Source: an uncultured Verrucomicrobiota bacterium
GTDB taxonomy: Bacteria; Verrucomicrobiota; Verrucomicrobiia; Limisphaerales; UBA9464
Length of the DNA stretch: 64,000 nucleotides
NCBI GenBank assembly: GCA_903842505.1
Contig: CAIMMI010000051.1
Coordinates: 3,290-67,289, forward strand
Direction of reading: 5' to 3'
Shown in pieces: positions 55,752 through 64,000 of this stretch. Position 1 is the first letter of the stretch; each line of letters starts with the position of its first letter. The notes under the pieces are model-generated. The model was not told the origin of the DNA. It searched no databases and worked only from the letters and a program-made list of their open reading frames with translations. Both the position numbers and the translations under genes were made by a program.

Positions 55752-58154
55752 TCAGCGGTTCCGGGCTGCGACGCGCGTGGCGGAACCCTGGGTCTTGAAG
55801 GTCAGGATGGCCTTGGGTGCTGAGTCGCCGCCGAACTCGCAGTCGAACCGCACTTGATTGGGGCCGCTGCGGAGCGACGGCAGCTTGCCGGGCAGGGCGA
55901 CCGATTTTACCTGGCTTCCCTTGCTGTCGTAGACACGGGCGATGCCATCGGGCTCGATCAGGAGTGTCTGGCCGGCCTGGATCTCGACCGGGACCTGGAG
56001 GGTCGCCGAGCGGTCGATCTCGAAAGACGGGTTCGAGATCGAACCAGCGGTTCCGACTGCACGGAGCTTGAACTGGAGTTCCTGGGCGCGGTCGGGGTTG
56101 GGGACCGTCCATTCAGCGGCGGTGGGTTCGCCGGGTTGGAGCACCCGGTGTTCGTGGGTGAACTCGGCGGAGGCGTGATACGGGAAGAGGTCCCAGCCAC
56201 CATCGACGGTTGCGAGGTGGAATTCGAGTTTCGGGTTGCGGAGTTGCTCACGTTGGTCGTCCGAGAAGACCCCGCTGCGCCGGGCGGTCTCCCACTCGCG
56301 GAGGGCATCGAGGATCGGCCCCGTCGCCGGATTCTTGCGGAGGGAATCCGGGCTGGTGGCGAGGGCGAAACCGGAGTCGAAACCGGAGGCCCGGGCGAGC
56401 ATCCACTCCATGTCGGAAAGGCAGGTCGTCGGGGTGAGCAGGTACCAGCCGAGCATCTTCGGAATGAAGTTCCGTTCGCAGAACGCCTGATTGTTGATGC
56501 GGTACTCCTGCATGCTGTCGCGGAATCCGCCGTACCAGGGTTCGCCCCAGTTGCAGTAGCTGTTGATGTGCCAGTAGAAGTGCGAGAGCGGGGGGCTGGT
56601 GCCGTTGATGACGGTGTGGTCGAGGTGATCGTAGAACTCCTTCGCGAACAGCTCGTTTCCGTAGGTGCCCTCGCCGGGTGCGAGACAACCTTCGTGGCCG
56701 TCGAAATCCATGTGGCTGAGCCCGGTCTCGTTGAAGCGGCGGGCGAGGTTTCGGGCGATCTCCCGCTGCAATTCGATGTTCGGGAAGAAGACCTTGTACG
56801 AATGGTCCATCAACTTGCCCGCCTGTACCCCGGCCGCATGTGCGGAGGCCTTGGTCCCGAATGCGCCCCGCTGGCAGTCGAGCAATCGCCACGGCGCTTC
56901 GGTGGAGACCGAGCGGTAGCGGACGAGTTCCTGGTCGATCATGACCGTCTGGAGTTCGTTGCCAACGCGGTTGGTGAAGTACTCGGGCGATCCAACGGGA
57001 ATCGTCCCCGTGGCGTCGTCGACGGCAGCTGTCAGCGGGCTCGAACCCGTCCGGGCAAGGCGCGGGTCGGGGACCGGCGAGACATAGGGGTCGTTGGGTT
57101 GGATGAAATTCGAAAGCGTATGGGCACCGAGTCGGATGCCGAGGGCGCGGGCCTTGGTGGCGCAGGCCTTCAGACCGGCGACACCACCCGGAAAGAACTT
57201 CGGGCTCGGTTCGAAGTGGCCCCAGCTCTTGAAGGCATCTCCGTGGTACAGGCTCATCAGGTTCGCGCGCTTCACCAGGGCGAGTACCTCGTCGACATTT
57301 GATTCGGAGAAGTTCGCGATCAGGTACGAACGGCCTCGCTCGGATGAGACCTTGGCCCAGGTTCCGTCGATCATCGGGTGCGGCAGGCCCTCGGCTTCCT
57401 CAATGCGTCCGAGGGTCCGCAAGGCCTCGGGTTCGGCACAGCCGAACAGGGCGATCCGGGATCCGATGACCGTCTCTCCCGCGATGGCGGGAACCGGCAT
57501 GTTGGGAGCGCGCTTGTTCCAGACCGCGATCGATCGGAGGCGGGAGCGGTCCAGGGAATAGGCCTGGAGGACGCTGCCCCATTCCGTCTGCCGGGCTGCA
57601 TAGGGTCGATCGGCGCTGCCTTCGTCGTTCTCCGGATAGCCGCCGAGGGTCTTGATATTGAGCGCCTGAAGTCCGAGCGCGAACTCACCGTCACGAACGA
57701 CGCCGACCACTTCGCCGACCGTCTTCCGGATGCGGGTGGGGAAGGGGCCCCACAGGGCGAGGTCCACCGGGGCGGTTCCGGAAGCCGAGTCAACGCGGAT
57801 GAGTTCCAGGGTGAAGTGCGATGGTCTGGACTCGACCCGAACCCACGCCTTGGTCGCGGCCTTGGAGAAGGTCAACGTCAACTGACGTGAGGCGGCGTCC
57901 CACGCAGCGGCGTCCGGGGCGTGGAGGGTTCCGGCGATCCGGACGCTCAGCAGCGGGGCGGGCTGCGTCGTGGCGAGGAACTCGCGGCCATCGGAGCGAC
58001 GGGCAAAGGAGGTCAGCGATCCGTTGTCGGCGAGCTGGAGCACCGCGGAGTCGGTCTGCCAGGTGGTCAGCGGGGCGGTCAGTGCGCGGAGCGCCGCCAG
58101 CAGCATCAGCAGGCCGACCGGCAACGTCCTCAATCGGAAGGAAACGGGATGCAC
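55752..58154 (-). CDS. secreted hypothetical protein (800 aa), possibly glycoside-hydrolase-like
   Basis: GTG start gives MHPVSFRLRTLPVGLLMLLAALRALTA, a signal peptide. The composition is long and well balanced. A central region (LYHGDAFKSWGHFEP.., LGIRLGAHTLSNFI, HMDFDGHEG) is suggestive of a TIM-barrel enzyme, but no family was recognised with certainty. Confidence 0.6.
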   Translation of the reverse strand: MHPVSFRLRTLPVGLLMLLAALRALTAPLTTWQTDSAVLQLADNGSLTSFARRSDGREFLATTQPAPLLSVRIAGTLHAPDAAAWDAASRQLTLTFSKAATKAWVRVESRPSHFTLELIRVDSASGTAPVDLALWGPFPTRIRKTVGEVVGVVRDGEFALGLQALNIKTLGGYPENDEGSADRPYAARQTEWGSVLQAYSLDRSRLRSIAVWNKRAPNMPVPAIAGETVIGSRIALFGCAEPEALRTLGRIEEAEGLPHPMIDGTWAKVSSERGRSYLIANFSESNVDEVLALVKRANLMSLYHGDAFKSWGHFEPSPKFFPGGVAGLKACATKARALGIRLGAHTLSNFIQPNDPYVSPVPDPRLARTGSSPLTAAVDDATGTIPVGSPEYFTNRVGNELQTVMIDQELVRYRSVSTEAPWRLLDCQRGAFGTKASAHAAGVQAGKLMDHSYKVFFPNIELQREIARNLARRFNETGLSHMDFDGHEGCLAPGEGTYGNELFAKEFYDHLDHTVINGTSPPLSHFYWHINSYCNWGEPWYGGFRDSMQEYRINNQAFCERNFIPKMLGWYLLTPTTCLSDMEWMLARASGFDSGFALATSPDSLRKNPATGPILDALREWETARRSGVFSDDQREQLRNPKLEFHLATVDGGWDLFPYHASAEFTHEHRVLQPGEPTAAEWTVPNPDRAQELQFKLRAVGTAGSISNPSFEIDRSATLQVPVEIQAGQTLLIEPDGIARVYDSKGSQVKSVALPGKLPSLRSGPNQVRFDCEFGGDSAPKAILTFKTQGSATRVAARNR

Positions 58155-58375
58155 GGGAGCAGCCTAGGGCAACCCGGATTCCGGGTGACAGCCCGAATGC
58201 GCTGGGGAAATCGCGAGCGCAGGCCGAACCCGGCGAGGCCCTCCCTCCCGGCCCTTGTGAAGACGAGGCTCCGGACGGGATGGGATGCGGACTGCGAATC
58301 GGTCGTGGCCTCGGCAGCTACGATTGACTTCGACCTTCAAACGGAGCCGGCAGCACGGCAGTGTCGCGGGGCCCG

Positions 58376-59818
58376 ATGCTATTCAACAGTTGGACCTTTG
58401 CCGTGTTCCTGCCGTTGGTGTTCGCGTTGCACTACGCGAGCCGGCGTGCGGCTTGGCAGGTCGGGGTGCTGACGCTGGCGTCCTTCGTATTCTACGGATG
58501 GCACACGCCGTGGTTGGTTTTCCTGCTGATCCTGTCGACGGCGATCAACGCACAGGCGGCCCAGTGGTTGATGTCGTCAGGGGTGACGGGCGGGCGGCGT
58601 CGGGCGGTTTTGGTGGGGGCGTTGGCGTTCAACCTCGGGGCGTTGGCGTTCTTCAAGTACTTTGGGTTGCTGGTGCGGACGCTGGTGCCGGAATCCTGGC
58701 GAGGATCGATGCCGGGGTGGTTTGCCGAGGTTCCGCTGCCGATCGGCATCTCGTTCTACACGTTTCAGGGAATCAGCCTGGTGATGGAGTCCTGGCAGGC
58801 GGGCACGGCAGGCTTTCCCGGGTTGCATCCGCCGCGGGGCCCGCGGGAGATGATGTGGTTCCACGGGCGGATCTGGTTCTTCAAGGCGTTCTTCCCGCAA
58901 TTGATTGCGGGACCGATCGTGAAGGCGGCGGACTTCTTCCATCAGATCGGACCGAAGCGGCTCGGGCAGATCGATTGGGCCGGGGCGGTGCGGAAGCTGA
59001 TCCTGGGTTTCTTCCTGAAGATGGTGGTGGCGGACAACCTGAAGGAGGCGACATCGGTGCTGTCGTATCCGCAGTTCCTGGAGCTGCCGCGGACGAATCT
59101 CTGGTTGCTGCTGTACGGATACTCATTCCAGATCTTTGCCGACTTTGCGGGCTATTCGTTCATCGCGCAGGGATTGGCGCGGTTGTTTGGATATGAACTG
59201 CCGCTGAACTTCGATCATCCGTACCTTTCGACCAGTATCACCGAGTTCTGGCGGCGCTGGCATCTGTCGCTCTCCAGTTGGTTGCGTGAGTACCTCTACA
59301 TTCCGCTGGGCGGGAACCGGCACGGGGAGGTGCGGACTTACGTGAACCTGTTCCTCGTGATGTTCCTGGGTGGCCTGTGGCATGGAGCAGCCTGGAGCTA
59401 TGCGGTGTGGGGAACCGGGCACGGGTTGTTGTTGGCGCTGGAGCGGTTGACGGGCATTGGCCGGGCGGATCCGTCCAAGTTGCCGGCGTGGCGGCGGGTA
59501 TTGGGAATTGCGGTGACCTTCCATCTCGTGTCGTTGCTGTGGCTGCTGTTCCAGTTGCCGGACATCCGGCATGCGGCGGCGTACGTGCGCTGTCTGTTCA
59601 CCAACCCGGGCGGGTTGTTGCCGCAGTACGGCTTCGTGATCGTGCTCTTCGGAACCCCGGTGGCGTTGCACCATCTCTGGGGAGCCACGCGGGCTTGGCG
59701 CGAGCGGTGTGGTCCGTTGTGGGCTGGCCGCCTGGACGTGGCAGTTCATGCCGTCCTGTTTTTCCTCGTCCTCGTCAACGCGGGTACGCCCGGCGACTTC
59801 ATCTACTTCCAGTTCTAG
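58376..59818 (+). CDS. MBOAT-family O-acyltransferase (AlgI/DltB-like)
   Basis: MLFNSWTFAVFLPLVF.., FYTFQGISL, FWRRWHLSLSSWLREYLYIPLGGNR and GGLWHGAAW (the conserved His region). Confidence 0.9.
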   Translation: MLFNSWTFAVFLPLVFALHYASRRAAWQVGVLTLASFVFYGWHTPWLVFLLILSTAINAQAAQWLMSSGVTGGRRRAVLVGALAFNLGALAFFKYFGLLVRTLVPESWRGSMPGWFAEVPLPIGISFYTFQGISLVMESWQAGTAGFPGLHPPRGPREMMWFHGRIWFFKAFFPQLIAGPIVKAADFFHQIGPKRLGQIDWAGAVRKLILGFFLKMVVADNLKEATSVLSYPQFLELPRTNLWLLLYGYSFQIFADFAGYSFIAQGLARLFGYELPLNFDHPYLSTSITEFWRRWHLSLSSWLREYLYIPLGGNRHGEVRTYVNLFLVMFLGGLWHGAAWSYAVWGTGHGLLLALERLTGIGRADPSKLPAWRRVLGIAVTFHLVSLLWLLFQLPDIRHAAAYVRCLFTNPGGLLPQYGFVIVLFGTPVALHHLWGATRAWRERCGPLWAGRLDVAVHAVLFFLVLVNAGTPGDFIYFQF

Positions 59819-59820
59819 CC

Positions 59821-60690
59821 ATGATGCGCCCCACCTCCCGAACTGCCCTGAGGATCGTCCTCGCGACCGCCGCACTGGCGCTCGCGTGGCAGACGCTCAC
59901 TTCGGTCCTCGGCTGGAAGGCCCAGTTCGGGGAATCGAACTACATGGCCAACCGCATCCGACTCGAGGAGTACCTGTTGCTCCCGGCCGCGCCGCGGAAC
60001 GTGTTGGTCGGCTCGTCCCTCAGCGGTCGCCTGCTGCCGGAGTTCTTCGCTGGGACGAGTCTGGAAGGCTTCTCGACGCTCGGGCTGGATGGTTCGATTC
60101 CATTGGTCGGGTTGGAAGCACTGGCGCATCGGGCGGACCTGCCTTCGACCGTGTTCATCGAGACCTACCTCCTGGAAAAGCCGTGGAGCCGGAATGATCA
60201 GATGCTGCTGGATGGACTGGTATCGCCGGGCACCGCGTTGGCCCGGAAGGTGCCATTGGTGCGGGCTTCGCGGCGTCCTTCCAGTCTCTTGTACTCCGCC
60301 ATGAAAGCGCGGCGCGACGGGGCAGGAGCAAGTGTCCTCGTGACGAACGATCCGTCCGTTCGGGAACCGGGGCCCGCCGTCGAGGTGTCGCCCTCCGATC
60401 CGCAGGTGGTTGAGCGTTGGCGCGGGATGTTGAAGTCCCTTGCGGATCGGGGGGTGCGTGCGGTGTTGGTGGACCTGCCTTCGGGGGAAGTCCGGATGCC
60501 GGGTGGCCGGACGGCCCCGGATCTGGCGGACGCGATGGTCCGCGAATTTGGCCTGGCTCGGGTTGATCTCCGGAGGTCGTGGTTCGAGCGCGGTTGGAAG
60601 CCGACCTACACGGACGGTCGGCACCTGGACGGAGCGTCGGCCAAGGCCACGGCGCGAATGCTGGCGGAGTGGAAGCCCAGGAGAGAGTAG
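59821..60690 (+). CDS. membrane-anchored hypothetical protein, candidate SGNH/DltD-like partner of the MBOAT
   Basis: ATG lies 2 nt after the MBOAT stop. N-terminal anchor (ALRIVLATAALALAW). VLVGSSLSG resembles SGNH/DltD block I, and TYTDGRHLD resembles block V (D..H). The assignment is tentative. Confidence 0.55.
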   Translation: MMRPTSRTALRIVLATAALALAWQTLTSVLGWKAQFGESNYMANRIRLEEYLLLPAAPRNVLVGSSLSGRLLPEFFAGTSLEGFSTLGLDGSIPLVGLEALAHRADLPSTVFIETYLLEKPWSRNDQMLLDGLVSPGTALARKVPLVRASRRPSSLLYSAMKARRDGAGASVLVTNDPSVREPGPAVEVSPSDPQVVERWRGMLKSLADRGVRAVLVDLPSGEVRMPGGRTAPDLADAMVREFGLARVDLRRSWFERGWKPTYTDGRHLDGASAKATARMLAEWKPRRE

Positions 60691-60691
60691 C

Positions 60692-60938
60692 GGGTTTCAG
60701 GTTTGAAGTTTCAAGTCCAGCCCCCCGGCGGCCGGCTACGGACTTGAAACTGAAATCTTCCAACTCCCCTTCGACCTGCCTCGTGACCTCGGCAGCTACG
60801 CTCCGCGAGGTAGCAGACGACGTGAGGAGGCTGGGCTGGAAGATTCCAGTTCCCAGATTCCAGTCCCCAGAACTGGCATCTGGCGACTGGCAACTGGGAA
60901 CTGGATCCGGACCTGCCTCGTGACCTCGGCAGCTACGG
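60692..60938. repeat. repeat mosaic (Fam-A hairpin, Fam-D hairpin pair, Fam-E, Fam-D)
   Basis: GGGTTTCAGGTTTGAAGTTTCAAGTCC ... ACTTGAAACTGAAATCTTCCAACTCC; CCTGCCTCGTGACCTCGGCAGCTACG at 60775-60800 with inverted CGAGGTAGCAGACGACGTGAGGAGG; CCAGATTCCAGTCCCCAGAACTGGCATCTGGCGACTGGCAACTGGGAAC; second Fam-D at 60912-60938. Confidence 0.85.
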
Positions 60939-60995
60939 TGGGGAGGGAGGGGAACGGTCTGGTCAGCGGAACCCGGGTGGTGGTTGGATCCGGGG

Positions 60996-62921
60996 ATGCA
61001 AAGCGGACTGATTGGACGGGCCGGGCTTTGGGTGGGTTTGGTGCTGGTGTGGATCGGACTGTTGCCGGGAACGGGGGCGGCAGCACCGCAGGGAGAGGCG
61101 TTGCTCAAGACGGATCTTCTGGGCGTGTTTGCGCATCCGGATGATGAGACCGGCGTGGCTCCGTTGATGGCCTACTACGCGTTGGGAGCCGGCAAGGTGG
61201 TGTCGCATGTTTACTGCACCCGAGGCGAAGGGGGCGGGAACATGGTGGGTCGCCAGGGCGGGATGGCGCTCGGGGTCCTGCGCGAGGCCGAGTTGAAGGA
61301 CTGCCTCACGAAGCTTGGTGTGCGTCACACGTACTTCCTCGACCGGGAGGACTTTGCCTACACGGAGGGCTTGGGAATCACGCTGGAAAAATGGGGGCAC
61401 GAGGCGACGTTGGGCCGGTTGGTTCGCTTGGTTCGTGCGTTGCGGCCGGAAGTGATCGTGACGATGAATCCGGCCCCGACGCCAGGTCAGCACGGCAACC
61501 ATCAGGCGGCGGGTTGGCTGGCGGTGGAGGCGTTCGATGCGGCGGCGGACCCGTCGCGTTTCCCGGAGCAGATCGAGTTGGAAGGCCTTTCCCCATGGCG
61601 ACCGCGCAAGCTGTACTTCGGCGGTGCGGGTCCTTACACCGCGACCGTGGTGACGACGGATGCCTTGCCGGATGGCCGGGTGCCTTCGGTGGTGGCGGGC
61701 GAGGCACTGGCGAATCATCGATCACAGGGCTTCGGCAGCTTCGCCAATTCGCCCTGGCTCCGGCGTCCGCAGGTCCTGCAGCTCGTGAAGTCGGTGGTGC
61801 CGTTCGAGGCTCAGGAGTCGGACCTGTTCCGCGGCCTGCCCGTGGAAGGCAACGTTCCATCACGGGTGAAGGTGAATCCTCCGTCGAAGGAGGGACCTGC
61901 GGTCGGGCTTCGGTTCCTGCCACGCCCGGCGGTGTCGCGGTATCAGGAGTGGGTGGCCGAGCAGAAGATTGAGTCGGCTGCGGTGGCCTTCGATCCGGAC
62001 GTGCCGGTGATCGCTGGCGAGGAGTGTCCGGTTCCGTTTGAGGTCCTGGATTTCCCCGGTGCGCCCGCGGGCAAGCTTCGGATCCAGGTGCCCGACGGGT
62101 GGACGGTGTCCCCTTCGGAGATTGAGGTTGGGGTCGCGGGAAAGAAGCCGACGTACTTCCGCATCCTGCAGGTGAAGGCACCTGGCTCGGGTGGCGACGG
62201 GGAGATGGTGGCCACGGGTGAATTGGGTGGGCGTCCGGCGTCGGCACGCGTGCGACTTCACGCGGTGCCGCGGTTGACGATTCCGCGGCGGAGCGGACTC
62301 CTGCTGGGCGCACCGGCCAACGATCCTGGTTGGGCCGCTTTGCCGCGGGTGCTGATCCCGCACACGAACACGTGGCAAGGAACCGTGACGAATGCCGCGG
62401 ACGTCTCGGCGTCGTTCCGGGTAGCCCACGATGGCGAGGATCTCTGGGTTGAGGTGCGGGTGCGGGATGATGCGGTGGTCTCGAACATCGCGCCCGATGA
62501 CATCCGCGGGCACTGGCGGAGTGACTCGGTGGAGTTGTGCATCGATCCGGAGGCGGGCGCGGAGCACACGCTCGGGACTTACAAGGTGGGGATCTTTCCG
62601 TTCGACCAGACTGGCAAGGTTCGGGGGGCGCGGGATGCGGACGCCAATCCCGGGTTGCTGGAGCGGGTGTCGCCGTCGACGCGGTTGCATTCCGAGCGGC
62701 TTTCCGATGGCTACCTGGTCCGTGTCCGCGTGCCGTGGAGCGAGGCGGGTGTGGATGCGTCCAAGGTATCGCGCATTGGATTGAACGTCCTGGTCTATGA
62801 CGGGGACAAGGCCGATGCGGCCCTTGGTGAGAACATCAACCGGTCCCGCTTGGCATGGGCACCGCGATCCGGTGTGCAGGGGCGCCCGGAGGACTGGGGG
62901 CGGGCAGACCTGGGGAAGTAG
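60996..62921 (+). CDS. secreted PIG-L/LmbE-family deacetylase fused to a CBM9-like C-terminal domain
   Basis: VFAHPDDETG, YCTRGEGG and NHQAAG.. are PIG-L zinc-site motifs. The C-terminal ~200 aa (FRVAHDGEDLWVEVRVRDD.., DSVELCIDP, IGLNVLVYDGD) resemble carbohydrate-binding family 9 / DOMON-like folds. Confidence 0.78.
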   Translation: MQSGLIGRAGLWVGLVLVWIGLLPGTGAAAPQGEALLKTDLLGVFAHPDDETGVAPLMAYYALGAGKVVSHVYCTRGEGGGNMVGRQGGMALGVLREAELKDCLTKLGVRHTYFLDREDFAYTEGLGITLEKWGHEATLGRLVRLVRALRPEVIVTMNPAPTPGQHGNHQAAGWLAVEAFDAAADPSRFPEQIELEGLSPWRPRKLYFGGAGPYTATVVTTDALPDGRVPSVVAGEALANHRSQGFGSFANSPWLRRPQVLQLVKSVVPFEAQESDLFRGLPVEGNVPSRVKVNPPSKEGPAVGLRFLPRPAVSRYQEWVAEQKIESAAVAFDPDVPVIAGEECPVPFEVLDFPGAPAGKLRIQVPDGWTVSPSEIEVGVAGKKPTYFRILQVKAPGSGGDGEMVATGELGGRPASARVRLHAVPRLTIPRRSGLLLGAPANDPGWAALPRVLIPHTNTWQGTVTNAADVSASFRVAHDGEDLWVEVRVRDDAVVSNIAPDDIRGHWRSDSVELCIDPEAGAEHTLGTYKVGIFPFDQTGKVRGARDADANPGLLERVSPSTRLHSERLSDGYLVRVRVPWSEAGVDASKVSRIGLNVLVYDGDKADAALGENINRSRLAWAPRSGVQGRPEDWGRADLGK

Positions 62922-62930
62922 GACTGGGGG

Positions 62931-63183
62931 GAGTTTCCAGATTCCAGAGGCCAGTTGCCTGCGGCAGTTGGGTTATCCACCGATTTCACAGATTTCACAG
63001 ATGGACTGGAACAAGAGGCCCTACCGCTTCGCCGTTTCCATGTCACCCGCGGGGTGAAACGACAGCCTCTCAACCGGCTTCCAATCCGTGGAATCGGTGC
63101 AATCTGTGGATCCAACCGCCTTTTCTAGGTTGAATCTTGAAACTTGGATCTCTCCCACGGCTCGTGAGGACACTCGCCCCACC
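62931..63183. repeat. composite repeat: Fam-E, Fam-G copy B (62962-63129), short Fam-A, Fam-B variant
   Basis: Same module order as 44899-45182. GGCTCGTGAGGACACTCGCCCCACC at 63159-63183. Confidence 0.9.
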
Positions 63184-63203
63184 GGAGAGCGGATCGACCT
63201 TGC

Positions 63204-64000
63204 TCAGGATTTCATGCGTCGGAGCAGATTGCGGGTGATGGTCTGGACCCGTGCGTCGGGTCCCTTCGGTGTCGTGTGGACGGAAGGGCGCTTGTAGCCG
63301 GGCGGTTCGCTGAGGCCGTCGCCCCACCAGATCGTGGCAGCGTTGAAGACGATGTTGCCGCGCGCGCCCGGATACACGGTGGCGGTATAGGTTCCGCCGT
63401 TGGGCTTGCCGGGGGCCTCCTGTGTGGGGCCGGTGGCCACGACTTCCAGTCCGGGGATCGGAGCCGGATCGCCGTGCCATTCCCATCCGACGATTCCCGG
63501 GATGGAATCGCCACGTTTCATGCCGGTATCGCGGAAGAGCCAGTGATCGGGAAGGGCGCAGGTCCAGTCGGCGCCGCCGGTGACGGGGCCGGTGCTGTGG
63601 GCCCCGACGAGTTCGTTGGCGTAGGGACGTTCGTGGGGAAGCGAGTTCATGGCGATGAAATCGCGGGTGCCGCCGGGAGGCCCATAGACGCCGGTCCGTT
63701 CGAAGACGCGGTTGGGGCGGCCGGCGGTGTCGGGCGAGAGGGCGATCCGACCGCAGACGGCGTTTCCGGAGAGGAAGGCGACGTGTGTGCCGTCGCGGAT
63801 GGCGGCTTGGACATTACGGAACATTTCCGGCGTCCAGTATTCGTCGTGGCCGACGCTGAGGAAGCCGCGGGCGCGGCGCAGGCCGGCGGGATCGGAGTGG
63901 GTGTCCTGGTTTGAGATATAGGAGATGTCGTAGCCCTCGCGCTCGAGCCAGAAGGCGATCGGGAATTCCCAGAGCAGGAATTCGCCGGAGCCCTGGGAAA
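63204..64000 (-). CDS. hypothetical protein (5' end outside window), possibly N,N-dimethylformamidase-beta-subunit-like C-terminal domain
   Basis: The reading frame stays open upstream of the track's Met at 63824 all the way to the window edge (..EFPIAFWLEREGYDISYISNQDTHSDPAGLRRARGFLSVGHDEYWTPEMFRNVQ..). SVGHDEYW and AFLSGN are reminiscent of that family. Low certainty. Confidence 0.55.
   Translation of the reverse strand, partial: SQGSGEFLLWEFPIAFWLEREGYDISYISNQDTHSDPAGLRRARGFLSVGHDEYWTPEMFRNVQAAIRDGTHVAFLSGNAVCGRIALSPDTAGRPNRVFERTGVYGPPGGTRDFIAMNSLPHERPYANELVGAHSTGPVTGGADWTCALPDHWLFRDTGMKRGDSIPGIVGWEWHGDPAPIPGLEVVATGPTQEAPGKPNGGTYTATVYPGARGNIVFNAATIWWGDGLSEPPGYKRPSVHTTPKGPDARVQTITRNLLRRMKS

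Overview
This is a visibly GC-rich bacterial chromosomal window. All calls were made by eye from the sequence and the ORF track, with no database search. The gene content is most consistent with a Verrucomicrobiota/PVC-type genome, but this is inference only. That content includes two DUF1559 H-X9-DG pseudopilin-like proteins, a PEP-CTERM protein, Tat-signal Gfo/Idh/MocA and xylose-isomerase-like TIM proteins, FG-GAP and PQQ-like propellers, and giant secreted proteins. I call about 42 protein-coding genes. Most are housekeeping: valS, rpsA, murJ, kdsA, thrC, hflX, tsaC/sua5-type, pgl, mqnA, a UvrD-family helicase, a DinG-family helicase, an rlmI-like methyltransferase, a beta-CASP MBL nuclease and an amino-acid ABC transporter. 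Envelope and secreted proteins are interspersed among them. I found no rRNA, tRNA, CRISPR array, transposase, integrase or recognisable defence or toxin-antitoxin system. The unusual content is non-coding. Almost every intergenic gap longer than about 100 bp is built from a combinatorial mosaic of at least nine families of short, mostly palindromic repeats, called Fam-A to Fam-I here. Two families have expanded into tandem arrays: an 8-bp x10 GGGG-tract array between valS and a giant secreted-protein gene, and a 79-bp x3.4 array between an FG-GAP gene and rpsA. A 65-nt two-hairpin element occurs three times, always co-oriented upstream of a + strand gene. A roughly 168-bp element occurs twice at convergent gene ends with the same flanking modules. 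An orphan intrinsic terminator, preceded by two interleaved 8-bp helices, sits downstream of valS with no CDS to terminate. Several repeats reach into CDS termini. Many long ORFs in the track are antisense or GC artefacts, or N-terminal over-extensions through repeats, and were rejected.
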